From NCBI GenBank assembly GCA_051362555.1, contig CM120645.1, forward strand, positions 18,352,001 through 18,416,000: a stretch of 64,000 nucleotides of DNA. Reading direction: 5' to 3'. Positions within the stretch are counted from its first letter, which is position 1, and each line of letters begins with the position of its first letter. The translations under genes were made by a program, and so were the position numbers. Below, piece by piece: positions 50,901-63,067 of the stretch. The DNA comes from Lingula anatina (Eukaryota > Animalia > Brachiopoda). The notes below the pieces were generated by a model. That model did not search any database. It saw nothing but the letters and a program-made list of their open reading frames with translations, and was not told where the DNA came from.

Positions 50901-53900
50901 ATTTTGGGCACTGCTTCCATGATGACCATTTAAGGAAAATCATGTCACTTACTGTTTTCAAACTTACAGGAAAGAAACATGGGACTAAAATACAGCTTCA
51001 GTAGGCAATGCAGTCTGTTTGGGTTTTTTTTTTTTTTTTTTTTTTTATGTACAGACACAGATGTGTCTGTACATATTGCCATCACCTGCGTCTGTCGTCG
51101 CCGATGCCGATGCCGATGGCGATGCCGATGCCGATGCCGATGCCGTCGCCGTGCACTTTCCTTGTAAACACGATAAGTGGAAGGCAGTTTTACTTTTTGG
51201 CTTTATATTTACAGAGCTGATGAATATTCATAAAACGCAGGTCAAGTTCGAAAATCAGCATGATCGGGCCATTATTGTAGAAGTTATGCTGTTTTTTCAC
51301 TTTTCAGCATATTTTTCACATTTCCTCAGATTCAATTCTTAGGCATGTTAACAGTCTCATTATTAAACTAATAAGATACGTAAAAGTTTTTGTTTGACAT
51401 TTCCTGCAACTTTACAACATTGTTAGTTGATTTTGTAAAAATGATGGTAAACTTGTTATCGTGTATTGTGTAATAAAGTGTCAAAAATGGAAATAAACTC
51501 ATATCATTGCAGTTTGTCAGATTCAATCATTCACTATGTTCAGAATCTCAGAATGAAAGAAATTGGACATTTAACACTGCTTTATTGATATTTTTCCCAT
51601 CTCATCAATTTTCTTAGTTGATCATATAAAAATGGCAGTAAACTGTTAATTTTGTTTTATGTTAAAAATTGTTAAAAATGGAAAAAAAAAACATTTCAGA
51701 ACAGTGCTGTCTTGTTTACATTTTGGCATTTTCAAGTTGTGACTTAGAGGTTCCATGGGCCTGAAGACCTTTGCTAGTCACATTTTCTGAATATCCATGA
51801 TACTAATATTTTATTATTAAAAATTGATGGTCATTATGCTGTTAAACATTATGTAATATTGCATCAAAATTTGAAAAAAACCTATTTTGGGCACTGCTCC
51901 CATGATGACCATTTAAGAAAAACCATGTCACTTACTGTTCTCAAACAGTACAGTAAATATATATATAGATGTGTCTGTACATATTGCCATCACCTGCGTC
52001 TGTCGTCGCTGTCATCGGCGTCGCCGGTGCCGTGCACTTTCATTGTAAACACGATAAGTGGAAGGCAGTTTTACTTTTGGGCTTTATATTTACAGAGCTG
52101 ATGAATATTCATAAAACGCAGGTCAAGTTCGAAAATCAGCATGATCGGGCCATTATTGTAGAAGTTATGCTGTTTTTTCACTTTTCAGCATATATGCAAC
52201 ACTGTAAACACATTCCAAGGAAAACCGATAGGCCTGTTGTCATGAAACTCACAGGAGTAATCTATCTTACTAAAACGCAGGTCAAGTTCGAAAATCAGCA
52301 TGATCGGGCCACTATTTTAGTAGTTATGCTGTTTTTTCATTTTTCAGCATATATGCAACACTGTAAACACAATATAAGAAAAACAGATAGGCCAATTGTC
52401 ATTAAACTCACAGGAGTGGTCAATCTTACTAAAACGCAGGTTGAGTTCGAAAATCAGCATAATCGGGCCATTATTTTAGAAGTTATGCTGTTTTTTCACA
52501 TTTCCTCAGATTAAATTCTTAGGCATGTTAACAGTCTTATTGTTTTACTAATAAGATACATAAAAGTGTTTGTTTGACATTTCCTGCATCTTTACAACAT
52601 TGTAAGTTGATTATGTAAAAATGATGGTAAACTTGTTATCGTGTATTGTGTAATAAAGTGTCAAAAATGGAAATAAACTCATATCATTGCAGTTTGTCAG
52701 ATTCAATCATTAACTATGTTCAGAATCTCAGAATGGAGGAAATTGGACATTTAACACTATTCTATTGATATTTTTCCCATCTCATCAATTTTCTTAGTTG
52801 ATCATATAAAAATTGCAGTAAACTGTTTATTTTGTTTTATGTTAAAAAATTGTTAAAAATGAAAAAAAAAAAATTCAGAACAGGGCTGTCTTTGTTTACA
52901 TTTTGGCATTTTCAAGTTGTGACTTTGAAGTTCCATGGGCCTGAAGACCTTTGCTAGTCACATTTTCTGAATATCCATGATACTAATATTTTATTATTAA
53001 AATTGATGGTCATTATGCTGTTAAACATTATGTAATATTGCATCAAAATTTAAAAAAAAAAACTGTTTTGGGCACTGCTCCCATGATGACCATTTAAGAA
53101 AAACCATGTCACTTACTGTTCTCAAACTTACAGGAAAGAAACATGGGACTAAAATACAGCTTCAGTAGGCAATGCAGTCTGTTTGGTAATTCTTACTGCC
53201 AGTTAAACAGTTTCACATATTGGCATTTTCAAAGTGTGACTTTGAAGTTCCACGGTCTTGTTTATTATTGCATCAAAATTGGCAAAATGACCTCTTTTGC
53301 ATCCTTTTTTCTGTTATTTTGTCTGTACATTTGACAGCTTTGCTGCCTTGTTTTTTTTTTGCAGTTAAACAGTTTTTTGTGAAAATTTAATTTTTTACAT
53401 ATTGGCATTTTCAAGGTGTGACTTTAAAGTTACATGATTTTGAAGACTTTTGCTTGTCACATTTTCTGAATGTCCATGTTACTAATATTTTATTAATAAC
53501 ATTTGATTGTCATTATGCTGTTAAACATTATGTAATGTTGCATCAAAATTTGAAGAAACCCCTATTTTGGGCACTGCTCCTATGATGACCATTTAAGGGA
53601 AATCATGTCACTTACTGTTCTCAAACTTACAGGAAAGAAACATGGGTCTAACATACAGCTTCAATAGGCAACGCAGTCTGTTTGGTAAATTTTTCTGGCA
53701 ATTTAACAGTTTTTTGTGAAAATTTAATTTTTCACTTATTTGCATCTTTATTTTCTGTTCTTTGTCTGTACATTTGACAGCTTTGCTGCCTTGTTTTTTT
53801 TTTTTTTTTTGCATATTTTGAGAATTCTTGTTGATTGCATTTTATAGAGCTTGTCAAGCACAAGACTGGTGGTGGAGTCCCTTTTTTTGGGTGGGGGGTC

Positions 53901-53969
53901 CATACGAATGCGCTTACTCCAGCTGGTGGTACAATATCCGGAGGCGGTATCGCCTCTCTGATCCTCTAG
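47954..53969 (+). mobile_element. HINE family A complete copy containing a family B concatemer
   Basis: TTAGTACCACCAGCGTGTACGCTGGCGGTAC start; GGCTCCGCC 9-mers; ~6 units at 48770-49610; ends GCTGGTGGTACAATATCCGGAGGCGGTATCGCCTCTCTGATCCTCTAG. Confidence 0.9.
49621..53793 (+). mobile_element. HINE family B tandem concatemer with 159-161-bp units
   Basis: 5' heads at ~49621, ~51045 and ~51968; 3' tails GTCTGTACATTTGACAGCTTTGCTGCCTTG ending at 53350 and 53793; GGTCAAG spacing of 161 (49792, 49953, 50114) and 159 (52121, 52280). Confidence 0.85.
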
Positions 53970-55130
53970 TTCTATAATGATTTAGTTTTTTAATTATTGA
54001 TTGATTATTGATCTGGATCACCACCAAAAACTAATCATCTGTTCCTTGGCCCACTTCTGACAGTTCCTGAAAATTTCAGCAAAATTGGTCCATAACTTTT
54101 TGAGTTATTTTGATGACAAACAGACAGTTCGATGCCCCTATACTACAGGCTCAGGTGAGTTGATTACTACAGGCTCCGGTTAGTCGTAGTATTGGGGTAA
54201 GTATAGGGCATCGGACTTCCATTTCTAGGAGGAGGAATACCATTCCTGTCACACCAGCCCCTCCTCAATCCTCTCCGTGTATTTTCATGGGAAGTCAAAG
54301 GGCGTATTCCCAGACATTTAGATCGATCTATCCCCGTGGGGAGTCTCACTAGATTACTGTCAGATAATCTGGCTTAAAAGTCCGTCCCGCCTACTACAAG
54401 CCGTAAGGGGGTGATCAACTTCCGTGCGCGGTTGGCTGATTGCAATTTAGCGTGAACCCCTAGGGAGTTAGGTCGTTCTCGTAAGATCGATCTAAATCTC
54501 TGGAAATGCTCTTTAAGACCAAATCAGGCCCACTAGTGCAAAGCCTTCAAACTATCTGTATGTTCTTTTACTAGTATAGAGACTTGCCTTTACTACAATT
54601 GCTGAGTTGACTGATGTAAATCAAAATAGTCACTTATTGAATTGTGTGCTCTTAGCTGATTCTGGGCTGTATTCACGTGTCTCCACCTCACGCATGAAAC
54701 AAACGCTTTAACGAGACGCACACAAAGCATGCGAGGATAAGAGCACATTTGTTCGGAAATTATTTTAGTGGCATCGACGAATATTGTCTGTTTATTGGGT
54801 TATCCGTTAAGACTTAAGTATAGTATGGACGCAGGCATTAATTTGTAAGAGTTAAGATTCTCTATCTTGAGGAAAAGACCGTGATGGTGATACCCAGTCC
54901 TGACAAGCCTCAGTTTGAAAAATGATAGCTATGGTCTTGTCCATTAAAGAGAGGAGCTGGAGTGTTATAAATGTCCACATCCCAAGAAAACTGTCATCCA
55001 TTGAACATTTGTAGAGAGCCTTACTAGCTGTTACTACTCAACCCTTAACTCAGTTTTCAGCCTTACATGCTCACCTTACAGTACTATTACCACTGGTAAG
55101 GCCTTATGATGCTAGGTGTTGTTGACAATT

Positions 55131-55297
55131 TGTGGCTTCCAGAAAGAAGGTGGAACTTTGACATGGTGTTTGCAGCTAGGCAGCTCCAAGAGAAGTGCCA
55201 GAAACAAAATGATGACCTTTATTTCACCTATGTGGTATTGACCAAGGCATTTGATACTGTTAGCAGAAATGGCCTTTGGAGAATCATGGCAAAGTAC
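55131..55297 (+). pseudogene. RTE-clade LINE reverse transcriptase fragment
   Basis: CGF...DMVFAARQLQEKCQKQNDDLYFTYVVLTKAFDTVSRNGLWRIMAKY matches the RTE/BovB RT motif (D..KAFD.V). Confidence 0.85.
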
Positions 55298-56673
55298 TCT
55301 GAAGTTCCAAATAATCGTACTGGTTCAATTATTTTTTTCAAGATTTTTTCCACATGGTACGTGCCTTTTCCAACGGTACAATTATTAATTTTTCCAAAAT
55401 ATTCCACACACATAACAATTATTTAGCACCTAACATACCGATGGGAATTTTTTGACAAGCATATAATTTTTCATTTTTTGATTATAAAGAGAAAGTCAAT
55501 TCCGATGATGATGCATTTTAAATACCGGGGAGCTTAAAGCCTCAGCTTCAGTGCTCTCTACGGAACTTGAGAAAAGTAGGTCACACATCCATACATAAAA
55601 GTCTCCAATTTTCTAGAGTCCTTGCAAGGTTAAGGCGCTTGTATCTGCTAGCGCATTTTTATTTCACCTTTTTAAGGCAAGTGCAAAGTCAGTATTGGAA
55701 CTTACTTTATCATTTTGAACTCAAATAAAATATCCAATACACCTCGTCCATGTACTCCCCCGCCTTGTCTCGTTTTCGGTAAGTTGTTTAGATTTGCAGT
55801 TTTTTCCGTAAACAAGGCTACACTGCAAATAAACTCATTGCAGTCGCATCTGAGGCGACTTGATGGTGATAAAAAGAAACTTAGAATTGCCAATAACAAC
55901 AGTGTAGAAGAAAAAACAAGGTCAATGAAAAACATGTACTGCTCAAAACACCAAAAACAGGCTGCTCAAACTGGACACGACGGGCCATGCATGCACGTCT
56001 GAGAACACCTAACTACACGTGCTGTGTAAACAAATACGGCTTCAGCCGCATGTTGAGTGATCGATAAGTAAGAAAGAGAAATGTTCATTTATGCTCTTTA
56101 GATAGTTGTTTTTAACAATATTTTAACGGACAGTTGTTGTAACATTGCATCTTAAGTGGTGCTGCATGTCTCAAAATGAGGGACAACATCGTTTTCAATG
56201 AGGGTATTACGCAATGGCAAAGTCAGGACGCAACCCTGTCCATCATTTTATCTACCTAAACAAACAAGCCTAAATACTGAAAACAAGGGACAAGTGAAAA
56301 TTAGATGGGGACAGGTTGTTAACAGTAAGCCCAGCCTGACAGGTGACCTGAAAAATAAGCCCTGCAGCAGTGTAATAATCACAAGTAGTTAATGGATAAA
56401 TTCATCAGTACATATGCCAACTCATTTTAGTAATAAATGTTATGTAGTTGCTTGCGAAATTTTATGTAAATACAGATGCATATAAGATGCACTTCTTTCA
56501 GCTTGTATGCAAATATTAAAAAAAATAAAAATTCTTTTCAAAGCAATGGCTTTTTTCACAATAAACATGGGGATTGCCAATCTTTCCTATTCAGTACAAT
56601 TATTCCCCACAGTGCAATTACAGTATTAATTTTGAAGGATTTTCCATTCAGTACAATTATTCAGCATAGTACA
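55297..56673. mobile_element. Decayed TA-type DNA transposon truncating the RT fragment
   Basis: TA|CTCTGAAGTTCCAAATAATCGTACTG at left resembles the reverse complement of CAGTACAATTATTCAGCATAGTAC at right. Confidence 0.4.
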
Positions 56674-56756
56674 AGCACTAGCACTCTGCATCTCTGCGCA
56701 TAATTTATTGTACCATATACCTGTAATCAGGTTCCTCTTTAATTGCATAATTTTAG

Positions 56757-56941
56757 CCAAAAACCCCAAAAAGAACCAAAGAAGTATGTGATTCCTCTGA
56801 TTGAAGGTAACAGCTGGCAACCGTCTTCAAAGAACAGTCATTACCAGGAACAAATAAAAGATGGCAGCACCAAGAAATGTTACGAAGCAGGTCTCCCCAT
56901 GGATAACCTGGATTCTCAGGCAGCCAGAGAACTTATGCAAG
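56757..56941 (+). CDS. GPKOW: GPKOW coding exon 2
   Basis: Acceptor TTTTAG|C, donor G|GTGAAC; (S)QKPQKEPKKYVIPLIEGNSW...LDSQAARELMQ matches the GPKOW 'KELVIPLI' and 'SQAVKELI' motifs; phases 2 to 1 are consistent with neighbours. Confidence 0.9.
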
Positions 56942-57974
56942 GTGAACATTAAAGGGACACATGAGCCAAGGAAAAGTGTCACCCAGTGTTGAGATGATAT
57001 CAGATTGGTGTCTTAAATAATTAACATAATCATAACCAATCATTAAGTGCATTTATAATTCATCAAAAGTGCAATTTCAGTTTCCTAGTTTGCCTGCTTT
57101 ATGTTCAGTTTTATGCTTGGTTGTCTTGGGGAATTGTTTGCATGCTTTCAATTCATTTTTCACCTCATGCACACCTTTTACTGCTACCACTATTAATTTG
57201 GCTACCAATCAGTGCACAATTTCTACCAGTGAAAGTGGTCATGTGTTAAGCGATTTTACTGACTTGAAGCTCTGTTTTTTCATTGTAAGTGGTGCGCAGG
57301 CTATCCCTTTTGTTTAGAAAAATGATATTGAGGGACTCATCAGAAGTTAAGTGAAAATTGGAAAGAAGGTAGACCCTGACAGTTTTATAAGCCAGATTAG
57401 AGAAAGAAGTTGTGCACCTAATGTTAGGAGTACAGTAACAGTATGATCAACAGCAACCTAAATCTTTCTGCTTTATTACGGGTTCTGAAAAGGTCCAAAC
57501 ATCTGATTCTAGATGGATACTTCACTACCTGTTCACAACCATGAGTTGGTGATATTGCACATGAAGGCTCACAGTTTGAGTTTCTTTTTTTTATCAAAAA
57601 GAAATTAAATAAGAAAGAATTCAGTCTCAGGCTGGGCAGGCCCTATTAGAGCTTCAATCGGTTGAAAGAGACTGCCTTACTTTGTAGTTTCGCGATGCAA
57701 ATGTTATTGCCAAACACAACGGGTGTAATAGTTTTCTGATTCACAGACATTTTTATGGACATACGTTTGAAATTACTGGCAACACATTCTTCATTCTTGT
57801 GTTGTATTTTTTTGGTCCTCGTGTCATTCTACAATTCTGACCTACTTTTCGCCATGAACTGCACTTTGCAAAATTTCTGACTCTGTTATCTCAAAAACTG
57901 GCAGAGAAACCTCCATTGTTATTATTGAACTTGAATAGCAACTCATATATTGGCAATTATAACGTGACCTGATA

Positions 57975-58100
57975 AGAATGAAATAGTTTTTCTTCAGTCA
58001 AATATTTCGATATCTAACAGACCATCTTCATCAGGGAATGAGGCTATCCAGGTGAGTAGCCTCTACTGAGGAGATGTACTTGCCGCCGCCGCCCCCCCCC

Positions 58101-58156
<56 letters not shown>

Positions 58157-58612
58157 TTGTCTTAGGAAAGGGAGCTCAAGGTATACATCAGGGAGTATGG
58201 CGCCAGCATTATTTTTGATGAGACTGATGTCTTCTTTTGATGTCTTCTTGATGTGGATGGCTACCAGGACTTTCTTGTAATTTTCCTGTGGTTCACTGTC
58301 AGTCACCTTGATTTTATCAATTATGGGCCCATGTGATACTTTGTGTTTGGATTGTTCCTCATGCTGGCTTAATGCTGACTTCCTGTCTCTATTGTTGACC
58401 GATTTTTGGCGTTTGGTTATTCTGTCCACCACTAATCTTCCCTTTTCACTTATATACATCTCACCACACCCCTCACATTCCATTTCATAGACAACAACAT
58501 GTTGTTGTTTAATGCGTCTTTGGGACATACAACTGCTTTGCTGTACAAGTTGATGTTGTATTTGTTAAATTTTTGTTGTAAGCTTTCCTAGACTCCCCTG
58601 GTGTAGAGTGAT
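57975..58612 (-). mobile_element. Penelope-like retroelement 3' remnant with GIY-YIG endonuclease
   Basis: ORF 58154-58528: VVYEMECEGCGEMYISEKGR...RI...KSALSQH..H...IKV...AIHIK...NN.G..LP.VY, the Penelope-type GIY-YIG with CxxC/HxxxH; degenerate. Confidence 0.85.
57995..58040 (-). ncRNA. Candidate minimal hammerhead ribozyme (Penelope-type)
   Basis: Minus strand reads CCCTGATGA-AGATGGTCTGTTAGATATC-GAAA-TATTT: both core boxes, a pairable stem II and a palindromic AATATT; stem I is poorly paired. Confidence 0.5.
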
Positions 58613-58620
58613 ATTGACTT

Positions 58621-58850
58621 GTTAGTACCACAGCCGCATACGCTGGCAGTACTCATGGTTTTAGTCCAGACCCATCTCGTAGGGCTCCATTTGCCCTGCA
58701 AGCTATACAGAGTGGTGTGGGATACAAGTCTTCGTTACCACTTCTCCTCCTAGACTGCAAGGACCTGTATCCCCATCTCTTAGATTTAGGTTGCATATAA
58801 TCTCAACTTGAACCCCATTTTTTTTTTGTCTCAGTTGGAGCATTGGCCAG
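58621..58850 (+). mobile_element. HINE family A 5' fragment
   Basis: TTAGTACCACAGCCGCATACGCTGGCAGTACTCATGGTTTTAGTCC... Confidence 0.7.
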
Positions 58851-58854
58851 GCCA

Positions 58855-59439
58855 CTGTTTCACAAAGAATCTTAAATCTGTAGTTGACTAGCTCCAGCTG
58901 AGTGACCTAGCTAGGTCGACTCCCTGCAGTCAACTAGGAGTGTCTCACAAAGAATCTAAAGTCTTAGCTCGATATGCTTACCGTAGTTTCACAAGACATG
59001 ATGTTTCATGGCCTCTTTCGGTTGAGAACGATCATTTATCAACAATATAAGTCAGTCAAAACATAAAGTTTGTTTTTGAACTTTATTGATTAGTTTAACT
59101 TTAATACAACTACAAAGTAACAGTAAAACATTATCTTGTCTTGGAACACTGCTGTCGGACGTCTAGCGGTCAAAAAACACAAACAAACCCGCGATCGACT
59201 GGGTGAAGATGCATTTTATTTTTTCAGTAAATATTCAATGTTAGTGCTATTCAAGGATATTATAACACAATATCTTGAACGAGGTATGTTCTTTCCAAAT
59301 TTTTGTTGTTTATGCTCTCATTTACTGAGTTTTATTTGAGCTTGCTGACTTAAGTCTCCTCCCAAGGAGGCCAGACATCGTCGACTAGCAGCTAAGAAAA
59401 AATTGACGTAAGGGACCTTTTAGATTCTTTGTGAAACAG
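58855..59439. mobile_element. MITE with CTGTTTCACAAAGAATCT TIRs
   Basis: 18-bp perfect inverted termini. Confidence 0.75.
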
Positions 59440-59504
59440 GACTTAGTGACGCAAGGACTTAATTACGTTGGTAGCCAAGCTTTTAGTCTGGGAACCCAAC
59501 TTAA

Positions 59505-60415
59505 AGAAATACAGAAGTGGAAACATTTTTTTTATGTAGTCAGACGTAGTAATTTTCAAATATTCGCGTTCCGGAAATCCCATTTCCGAGCGATAGCCTG
59601 ATGCAGTGTAATTGACGATAATGCAAAACAACTCACCTGAACTCGACTGCATAAAACTTGCTGAAACAGAAATGACGTAATGTATTTGGGTGACTTGTTT
59701 CACCGCCATGCTGCTGAATTGTTTGGAAGCTTGAAGCTGGTTGTATTTCTCATCATTCTAACTGAAGAACATGTTGAAGAGAGGCAAAGGGCGCTATTGT
59801 GTGGCGCATGGAGGCAACAGTAGCTCTATTGTTTTGTAGCTCTATTGTTTTCATGGCATATATGTATGTCCGACCTGCAGACATAATTTACATTACTTAT
59901 TTAATTCATAATGTTACATTTTGCTCCTGTTCCTGAAGTATTTTGTATTTTAATTCTTATATTTTATTACTTACCACTGTAAGGAAGTAAATCTGGAACT
60001 TGTAATCTTGAAGTGCCACCAGTGCCACCACCATCTATCTCGTCTTCAGAGTGTGACTGAAAGGTTTCAAATTGGTACGGAAGTACCGACTGTTTCAAGC
60101 TTCGGATGCTTGCTGTGCTCGCCTCTTCATTTTCATCATCTACGTCATCCAGTTCATAGTCCGACACGTGAATCTCCATATCCAACTCAGTCGCAGACAT
60201 TGTTGTCCAATTTCGTGACGTCACCTCGAAGTGACCTCGATCTCGACTATTTTCAGCCTTCCTCCATACGAGCGGTTTTCATAGGTGAGAACCGGTGCAT
60301 TCAATGCGCTATAAATAGGTCACTAGTGTACGTATAGAAGTTGCGCTTTCGGCGAGTCATATTTCAGACAATACACTATTGGACTACATAAAAAAACGTT
60401 TCCACTTCTTATTTT
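59505..60415. mobile_element. Internally deleted Kolobok element retaining both gene starts
   Basis: TTAA|AGAAATACAGAAGTGGAAACATTTTTTTTATGTAGTC with inverted GACTACATAAAAAAACGTTTCCACTTCT; THAP-like start on + and KolX-like exon on -. Confidence 0.7.
59975..60200 (-). pseudogene. KolX-like (P2X7 C-terminal-like family) first exon
   Basis: Acidic N-terminus with PYQFE motif and downstream RL; ends at a G|GTAAGT donor. Confidence 0.55.
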
Positions 60416-60752
60416 TTTGGGGAATTTTTTGCAAAAAAAATTATTTCTGCTGATTTTCAGAAACCACACAGGTCTAACCTATAATATTGTGGACAGTCAT
60501 ATTTCATCTTTTAACAAATCTACGTTAACAATTTTTAGTTTTTAAACATGTTGAAAATTTTATTAACAATAAAAACAAACAAACAGTGAGTTTGGGGTCA
60601 TACTTACAGGAGAAGTGGCAATTAGATGCCAAAACTGAAACTCTAATTCTGGAACTGTAATAAATATCTGTTAATGTGCATGCCCAAGCTGAATAGTAAA
60701 ATTGAAAAATTCTGATGATTACAGTTTGTATCAACATGGTTTTATTCTTCAG

Positions 60753-60850
60753 AGGCTGCCAAACTAAATGAAGACGAAGAAGGGTCAGAAGCCAGACTTA
60801 ATCTCATGGTGCCTCTATTGGCGAAAAAAAAGATCCCTGATGGATTTCAG
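60753..60850 (+). CDS. GPKOW: GPKOW coding exon 3
   Basis: Acceptor TTCTTCAG|AG, donor CAG|GTGACT; (E)AAKLNEDEEGSEARLNLMVPLLAKKKIPDGFQ matches the 'LAIPM/L' region; phase 1 to 0. Confidence 0.85.
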
Positions 60851-63046
60851 GTGACTTAAAAACTTTAAAGATTTCTGCATTTTTATGGGATTATCTTTTA
60901 CTGAAATTTAAGATATATTTTTATGTACAGACACAGGTGTAGTTAAGCATCATGTAATACTGCATCAAAATTGAAGAAATCCTGTTTTTGGCACTGCCTC
61001 CATAGTGACCATTAAAGGAAAAACCATGTCGCTTACTCTTCTCACACTTGCAGGAAAGAAAAATAGAACTAAAATACAGCTTCAGTTGGAAAATCTGTCT
61101 TATTGGTTAATTTTTCTGGAAATATACAGTTTTTTTGTGTAAATATTGAAATTTTCACATATCAGCATTTTCATAGTTTGACTTTAAAATTTCATTGACT
61201 TGAAGACCTGTGCTAGCCATATTTTCTGTATATCCATGATTCTTTCATTTTATTATTAAAAATTGATGGTCATAATGCTGTTAAGCATTATGTAATCAGG
61301 TGTTGAAACAAAAAGGGGTCACTGATTCTGTGGGACTAGTGACTTTGCTGTGTTACTAGTCCCAGCTAATTTTTAGTGTTCCTCGTGTAGTGGTATGCAT
61401 TTCAGCAATTACGGTAATTCTCCAATCTATACGAACGCCGCAATAATTACGAACGAAACGTTTTTTCTCCGAATCTGAATTTTTTGTCTCTGTTCTGTAC
61501 AAACGATCGCTAAACTCACCTTGGGCACAATTTAAATTTTCCAAACGCAAGAAAGCGTGTCCAATTGAAACTCTCCCCATGATTCGTCAAAGCGAGTTTT
61601 CAGACCACCGTTCCAAACAAAGGAACTTCCACTTGACAGGAGAGATTGTGCTGTTTTTGAATGAGACGATAGGAGGACTCAACCTGCCCGCCGGCAGCTG
61701 CAGGCCAGTTTTAAAACCCTATTGTTATTTAGAAATTAAATTACTTACTGTTTATCATCATTTCTTAACTATCGCCGGCCGACTGGTTCATCAACATCCA
61801 CCATCAGTGTTTCACCGATAACTGGTTTCCAGTAAAATCTATAAACGTGAAACCCACGCACAACAGAAGAGTATGAGAAATCCATAGTCAATGATCGAGT
61901 TTTTCATTTGTTTTTGGTAATCATCAGGAAATTAAATTTTTAAAGAGGAGTTCTGTCTTGTATTGTATTTATTTTTCTAATTTGAGTTGTGATAAAGTTC
62001 ATGCTTTTTTTTTTTTTTTGTTTTTCCTTGTTAAAGACCTTGTCTCATGAACAACTATTAGGTAAACCTTACTGATATTGGTGATTGTGAAAAATAAAGG
62101 TGCCGTATGACTTAATACAAATTTGCCTGCAGTTCTTCTGCATTTTTTCTAATTAAGTTTACATTGATTACATGCAAATTAATATGCTGTAAGAGACTTT
62201 CATAAATAGACTTGAATTGAGCTGATGGTATTTTTATATCAAGTATAATCGTTTATTAACGTCAGTTTCAAGTATTTTGTTTTGGCGGAAGAAATTCATG
62301 TAGGCCTAATGGGGGGGGGGGGGGGAGTGACATTATTAATATTGCAAATTTTCTATATGTGAAATCATATTAAAAGTAAACATGCAATAAATAAAATATG
62401 CATACTGTATCTCCACGTAAGCAGTTGCATTGGTATGTATGTCTTTAAACATTATGTAATATAATTTTATGCACTTTCATCATTTTTCAAATATTTTGAT
62501 TTTCATTATGTGAATTTGAACTCTCTTGGTCCTGAAACTGTAATCTTATTGCAGGGGCAGATTGAGACCATCTTCTGGACATCTGTGTCTGTACATAATG
62601 ATACCTGGTGAATGCTTGCCAAATTATCCCAAAAATTTTTACTTTCACTCATTAAAATGGTTTTTACATTTGCAGTCACAAACACGCAACTCCAAGTTGT
62701 AAACGGCAATTAGGCTGCGTTCACATGAAAAATCTATTTTCTAAAAATCTAAAAATCTATTTGCGGTATCTTGTGATCGTGGTCTGTGCCCTGAATACCC
62801 CACAGCATAATTACTGGCAGCGGGAGCCAGTTACTTCCAAAACTGTAATTAATTCTCGGCGCTGCCAGTACATTTGATACATTGTTTTGAATACATAATC
62901 ACAAGGCATGAAATGAATGTACTTTTAAAACAGATATGTTATAGTAACAATGTTGAATAGAGATAACTTAGCAATTAATGTTGTTTGAAAGTTTGTTAGT
63001 CAGATTATTCAGTTGTTGTTAGAATAAATTGTGATATTTACTACAG

Positions 63047-63067
63047 GAAAATATGTCTGTTAGACTG
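63047..63067 (+). CDS. GPKOW: GPKOW putative 21-nt microexon (ENMSVRL)
   Basis: CTACAG|GAAAATATGTCTGTTAGACTG|GTATGG; phase 0/0; supplies an 'S-x-R' linker of the kind expected just before the G-patch. Confidence 0.6.

Larger units (their letters stand above)
47882..54127 (-). mobile_element. Third HINE/Helitron2-like family (C), split by nested A and B
   Basis: CTAGAATAGCACTCTGAGAGCGCAGACCTCCGCCAAG (CTAG, hairpin, subTIR) at left; resumes at ~53975 with GGATCACCACCAAAA...CCATAACTTTTTGAGTTAT...ACAAACAGACAG. Confidence 0.6.

Noticed and set aside
51969-52514. Longest ORF (181 aa) as a real gene
   Set aside because: It is the translation of three 159-bp satellite units; sister arrays have 161-bp units that break the frame.
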